Shown here: piece by piece, positions 58,290 to 60,895 of the stretch
How positions within the stretch are numbered: the stretch's first letter is position 1
Layout: each line of letters starts with the position of its first letter
NCBI GenBank assembly: GCA_021817065.1
Contig: JAKAWH010000003.1
Coordinates: forward strand, 1-60,895
Direction of reading: 5' to 3'
Length of the DNA stretch: 60,895 bases
Source of the DNA: Actinomycetes bacterium
GTDB lineage: Bacteria > Actinomycetota > Acidimicrobiia > Acidimicrobiales > JAKAVM01
Program-made: the position numbers and the translations under genes
The notes under the pieces: model-generated
Told to the model about the DNA's origin: nothing
What the model saw: only the letters and a program-made list of their open reading frames with translations
The model's database searches: none

Positions 58290-58946
58290 ATGGCACCGAA
58301 ATTGATTCCCCTGAGCGACAAGCGGAGGGAGATCCTCGACTACATCAGCGGCTTTCTCCGTGACCGCGGATACCCGCCCACCGTTCGCGAGATCGGCGAA
58401 GCGGTGGGGCTCCAGTCACCCTCCACCGTCCATTCACACCTGAACATCCTGGAAAAGGCTGGACTGATTGCCCGGGACCCCACCAAGTCCCGTTCTATCG
58501 AGGTCCGCTACGACCCGGTGTCCGGTGCGACCCTGGAACGCAGACCGGTGCAGCACGTCCCCCTGATCGGCGACGTGGCCGCCGGCACCGGCGTCCTCGC
58601 CCAGGAGAACGTGGAAGAGCTGATGCCGCTCCCGACCGACTTCACCGGGACTGGGCAGCTCTTCATGCTCCGCGTGCGCGGCGATTCCATGATCGAAGCG
58701 GGCATCCTCGACGGCGACTTCGTGGTGGCACGAGTGCAGCCGGACGCGAACAACGGCGACATCGTGGTCGCCGGGATTCCCGGGCCCGAAGGTGACCGGG
58801 GAGGGGAAGGCACCGTGAAGACTTTTCGGCGGCGCGACGGTCGGATCTTGCTGGAGCCCGCCAATCCGGGTTTCGAACCGATAGACCTCAGCCCAGACGA
58901 AGTGGTCGTCTATGGCAAGGTGGTGACGGTGCTCCGCAAACTGTGA
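58290..58946 (+). CDS. lexA: LexA repressor
   Basis: wHTH N-terminus (GYPPTVREIGEAVGL), an AAG cleavage site, RGDSM (Ser) and VKTF (Lys). RBS AGGAAGG. Confidence 0.92.
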   Translation: MAPKLIPLSDKRREILDYISGFLRDRGYPPTVREIGEAVGLQSPSTVHSHLNILEKAGLIARDPTKSRSIEVRYDPVSGATLERRPVQHVPLIGDVAAGTGVLAQENVEELMPLPTDFTGTGQLFMLRVRGDSMIEAGILDGDFVVARVQPDANNGDIVVAGIPGPEGDRGGEGTVKTFRRRDGRILLEPANPGFEPIDLSPDEVVVYGKVVTVLRKL

Positions 58947-59033
58947 CCCGGGGTCCTACAAGCCACCGGACCACGCCACCTTCTGGGCTCGCCGCCGCCC
59001 GTGAATTGCACGTCTGGGGGGATGGAATCGTGC

Positions 59034-59513
59034 TCAGATGAGCCCGGCCAGCGCCGCCTCGTAGTCGGCGCGTTCTCGGGGTGTCCCGATGTCCTCCGAA
59101 CAGAACCGAGCCGCGACCCTGCCCGACTTGTCGATAACGAAGGTGGTCCTCTCCGCGCAACCGAGTTCCTCGTTGAATACCCCGAAGGCCCGCGCTACTG
59201 CACCGTGCGGCCAGAAATCAGACAGCAGCGGAAACGAGAAGCCGTGTTCCCCAGCCCACTTAGCTTGAGCAAAGGTGCTGTCACAGGACACACCGAACAC
59301 CTTGGCATTGACCTTCTCGAATGCCGGTTGATCGTCCCGGAGCGCGCACAGCTCTCCCTGGCAAACGGCTGTGAAGGTGAACGGATAGAAGACGAGGACC
59401 ACATTCTCCTTGCCCCGGTACTCCGACAGCCGAACCGTTTGCCCTCCGGGTCCTGGAAGCTCGAAATCCGGTGCCTGGTCTCCGGCCGATATCAACCCGT
59501 CCGCATTGGGCAT
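59034..59513 (-). CDS. ahpE: 1-Cys peroxiredoxin, AhpE type
   Basis: VLVFYPFTFTAVCQGEL and FPLLSDFWPHGAVARAFGVFNE closely match mycobacterial AhpE as I recall it. Confidence 0.8.
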   Translation of the reverse strand: MPNADGLISAGDQAPDFELPGPGGQTVRLSEYRGKENVVLVFYPFTFTAVCQGELCALRDDQPAFEKVNAKVFGVSCDSTFAQAKWAGEHGFSFPLLSDFWPHGAVARAFGVFNEELGCAERTTFVIDKSGRVAARFCSEDIGTPRERADYEAALAGLI

Positions 59514-59563
59514 CGCCTCTCCTCTCCCGCTTCTCTACCTGTTCAGAATTCCTCGCGCCAACG

Positions 59564-60679
59564 CTACTCGGATGGCAAGCCGATGAGGTTCTGTCCGGGG
59601 ACTGGCAACCCGGATGGAATGCCGGCGAGACACGCCAGGACGCGGTAAGCGTGATCCAGCTCCCGGGCTGAAACCTTCTCGTTCGGGGAATGTGCGAGAG
59701 AGGAGTCCCCGGGGCCGAAGTTGAGGGCTGGAATCCCCATCTCTGCGAATAGTGCGACGTCGGTCCATCCGAGCTTGGCCTTGGGAGGCTCCGCCACTAT
59801 CTCCGCCAACCTCCTGCACACCGGGTGGTTCAGGCGTGGCAGAGCCCCTCCGACCGCGTCGACAAGTGTGAACCGATCCCCTCCCCCGAAGTCGACCGCG
59901 GGCGACAACAACTCGACCAGAAGTGCCGATGCTTCGTCCACCGACCGATCGGGGGCAAAGCGGTGGTTGACGACAAGGCGCGCCTGGTCGGGGACGACGT
60001 TGCCGGCTACTCCTCCCTCCACCCACACAGCCTGAAGAGATTCCCGGTACTCGCACCCCTCGATGGTCGGCTTCCGCCCCTCGTACGCTTCGACCAGCGC
60101 GATCACCCGCCCCAAGCGGTGGATCGCGTTCCGGCCCATCCAGGGGCGGGCGGTGTGGGCCCGCGTGCCGGAGACGACCACTTCAGCCCGCAGAGTCCCT
60201 TGGCAACCTGCTTCGATCCCTCCGGCAGTGGGCTCGCACAGGATCGCGGTATCACAAGCGAGGAGGTCGGGGCGCTGCCGGCTGAGGATCCGCAGGGCGT
60301 TGTCGGCACGGTCGATTTCCTCGCATGCGTAGAAGACCATGCTCAGATCGAGCTCGGTGGGCTCCCCGGCAACTGCCAGTGCGAGCATCACCGCGATGCC
60401 TCCCTTCATGTCGACTGCCCCGACCCCCGAGCAGGTGTTCCCTTCGGTGACCGACGGGAAGTTCGCGCCGGGCGGCACGGTATCGAGGTGCCCGGCGACC
60501 ACGACCCGGTGCGGTCTTCCCAGATCGGTCCGGGCTACCACCGTGTCGCCGACTCTCTCGACGGACAGCCACGGAACCCCACTGAGTTCCTCCTCCACTC
60601 GATCGGCGATCTGCTGCTCAGACCGGCTGACCGAGGGGATGTCTACCAACTCGGCCGTGAGAGCCAATAGGTCTCTCAC
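59564..60679 (-). CDS. dapE: succinyl-diaminopimelate desuccinylase (M20 peptidase)
   Basis: LLALTAELVDIPSVS, GHLDTVP and DMKGG. Start is the GTG at 60679 (clear of dapD) or the GTG at 60706 (14-nt overlap). Confidence 0.8.
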   Translation of the reverse strand: MRDLLALTAELVDIPSVSRSEQQIADRVEEELSGVPWLSVERVGDTVVARTDLGRPHRVVVAGHLDTVPPGANFPSVTEGNTCSGVGAVDMKGGIAVMLALAVAGEPTELDLSMVFYACEEIDRADNALRILSRQRPDLLACDTAILCEPTAGGIEAGCQGTLRAEVVVSGTRAHTARPWMGRNAIHRLGRVIALVEAYEGRKPTIEGCEYRESLQAVWVEGGVAGNVVPDQARLVVNHRFAPDRSVDEASALLVELLSPAVDFGGGDRFTLVDAVGGALPRLNHPVCRRLAEIVAEPPKAKLGWTDVALFAEMGIPALNFGPGDSSLAHSPNEKVSARELDHAYRVLACLAGIPSGLPVPGQNLIGLPSE

Positions 60680-60696
60680 GAATGAAGGTCTCTCAC
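60669..60696. repeat. 11-bp direct repeat (17-bp period) on the dapD stop / dapE start
   Basis: aggtctctcac occurs at 60669-60679 and 60686-60696. On the minus strand, one copy carries the dapD TGA and the other a candidate dapE GTG. Confidence 0.8.
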
Positions 60697-60895
60697 ACCG
60701 ATACACCGTGGTGGCGCAGGATACCGTTGAGTTGCGCCTTGTCGTGGCGCTCTCCCTCGGTGAGCCTGCGAATCACCAGGACACAGGGTAGAAAGAACTC
60801 CCCTCCTGGGTATTCCCTCCGCCGCGAAGCCGACACTGCTACGCACCACGGTGGGATTCTTCCTCGATGTATCTCGGCGCCGTTCTCGGCGTCGA
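60693..60895 (-). CDS. dapD: tetrahydrodipicolinate N-succinyltransferase, C-terminal fragment running off the window end
   Basis: Manual reverse translation gives ...EYPGGEFFLPCVLVIRRLTEGERHDKAQLNGILRHHGVSV*. This parallels the DapD C-terminus (..LYCAVIVKKVDAKT..KVGINELLR). Confidence 0.6.
   Translation of the reverse strand, partial: DAENGAEIHRGRIPPWCVAVSASRRREYPGGEFFLPCVLVIRRLTEGERHDKAQLNGILRHHGVSV

Overview
This is a 60.9 kb high-GC, almost fully coding chromosomal segment with an actinobacterial gene repertoire (Bpa proteasome activator, DivIVA/SepF, DUF3040, nrdR-LysM-lexA synteny, GAAC-N4-GTTC SOS boxes). I saw no rRNA, tRNA, CRISPR array, transposase or integrase.

Gene content, left to right:
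- A tyrS fragment, then a menaquinone cluster (menD, menH, menC, menA, menB, menE). This cluster is interrupted by a lower-GC islet carrying two VapBC-type toxin-antitoxin pairs.
- An SDR, a DUF255 thioredoxin-domain protein, a patatin plus an unknown gene, dnaE, bpa, an Rrf2 regulator and a histidine phosphatase.
- A tight asnB / double-beta-propeller / CofE-like operon, then ppgK.
- The rluD-lspA-dksA-like / ileS region.
- A complete dcw cluster on the minus strand: mraZ-rsmH-ftsL-ftsI-murE-mraY-murD-ftsW-murG-murC-murB-ftsQ-ftsZ-pgeF-yggS-sepF-yggT-divIVA. murF is absent from it.
- An HNH endonuclease, an LplA-family protein, an acyl-CoA dehydrogenase, a ROK kinase, DUF3040, dinB, a PIG-L deacetylase, an RlpA-like protein, nrdR, a LysM protein, lexA, ahpE, dapE and a dapD fragment.

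The most unusual signal is not a gene. It is a very dense series of perfect or near-perfect short tandem duplications with 13-57 bp units.
- Inside essential genes (menC, ftsQ, murG, ftsL, the dksA-like gene) the units are multiples of 3 bp.
- The units that are not multiples of 3 bp sit exactly on stop/start junctions (menB/menA, the yggS 3' end, dapD/dapE); the 45 bp menA-end duplication also sits at a junction, just outside the CDS.

I found no clear novel multi-gene defence-type system. The best candidates for new biology are the repeat phenomenon, the asnB-propeller-cofE-like operon and the histone-tail/DksA fusion.

All calls rest on reading the sequence and on remembered family motifs. 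No database search was run.
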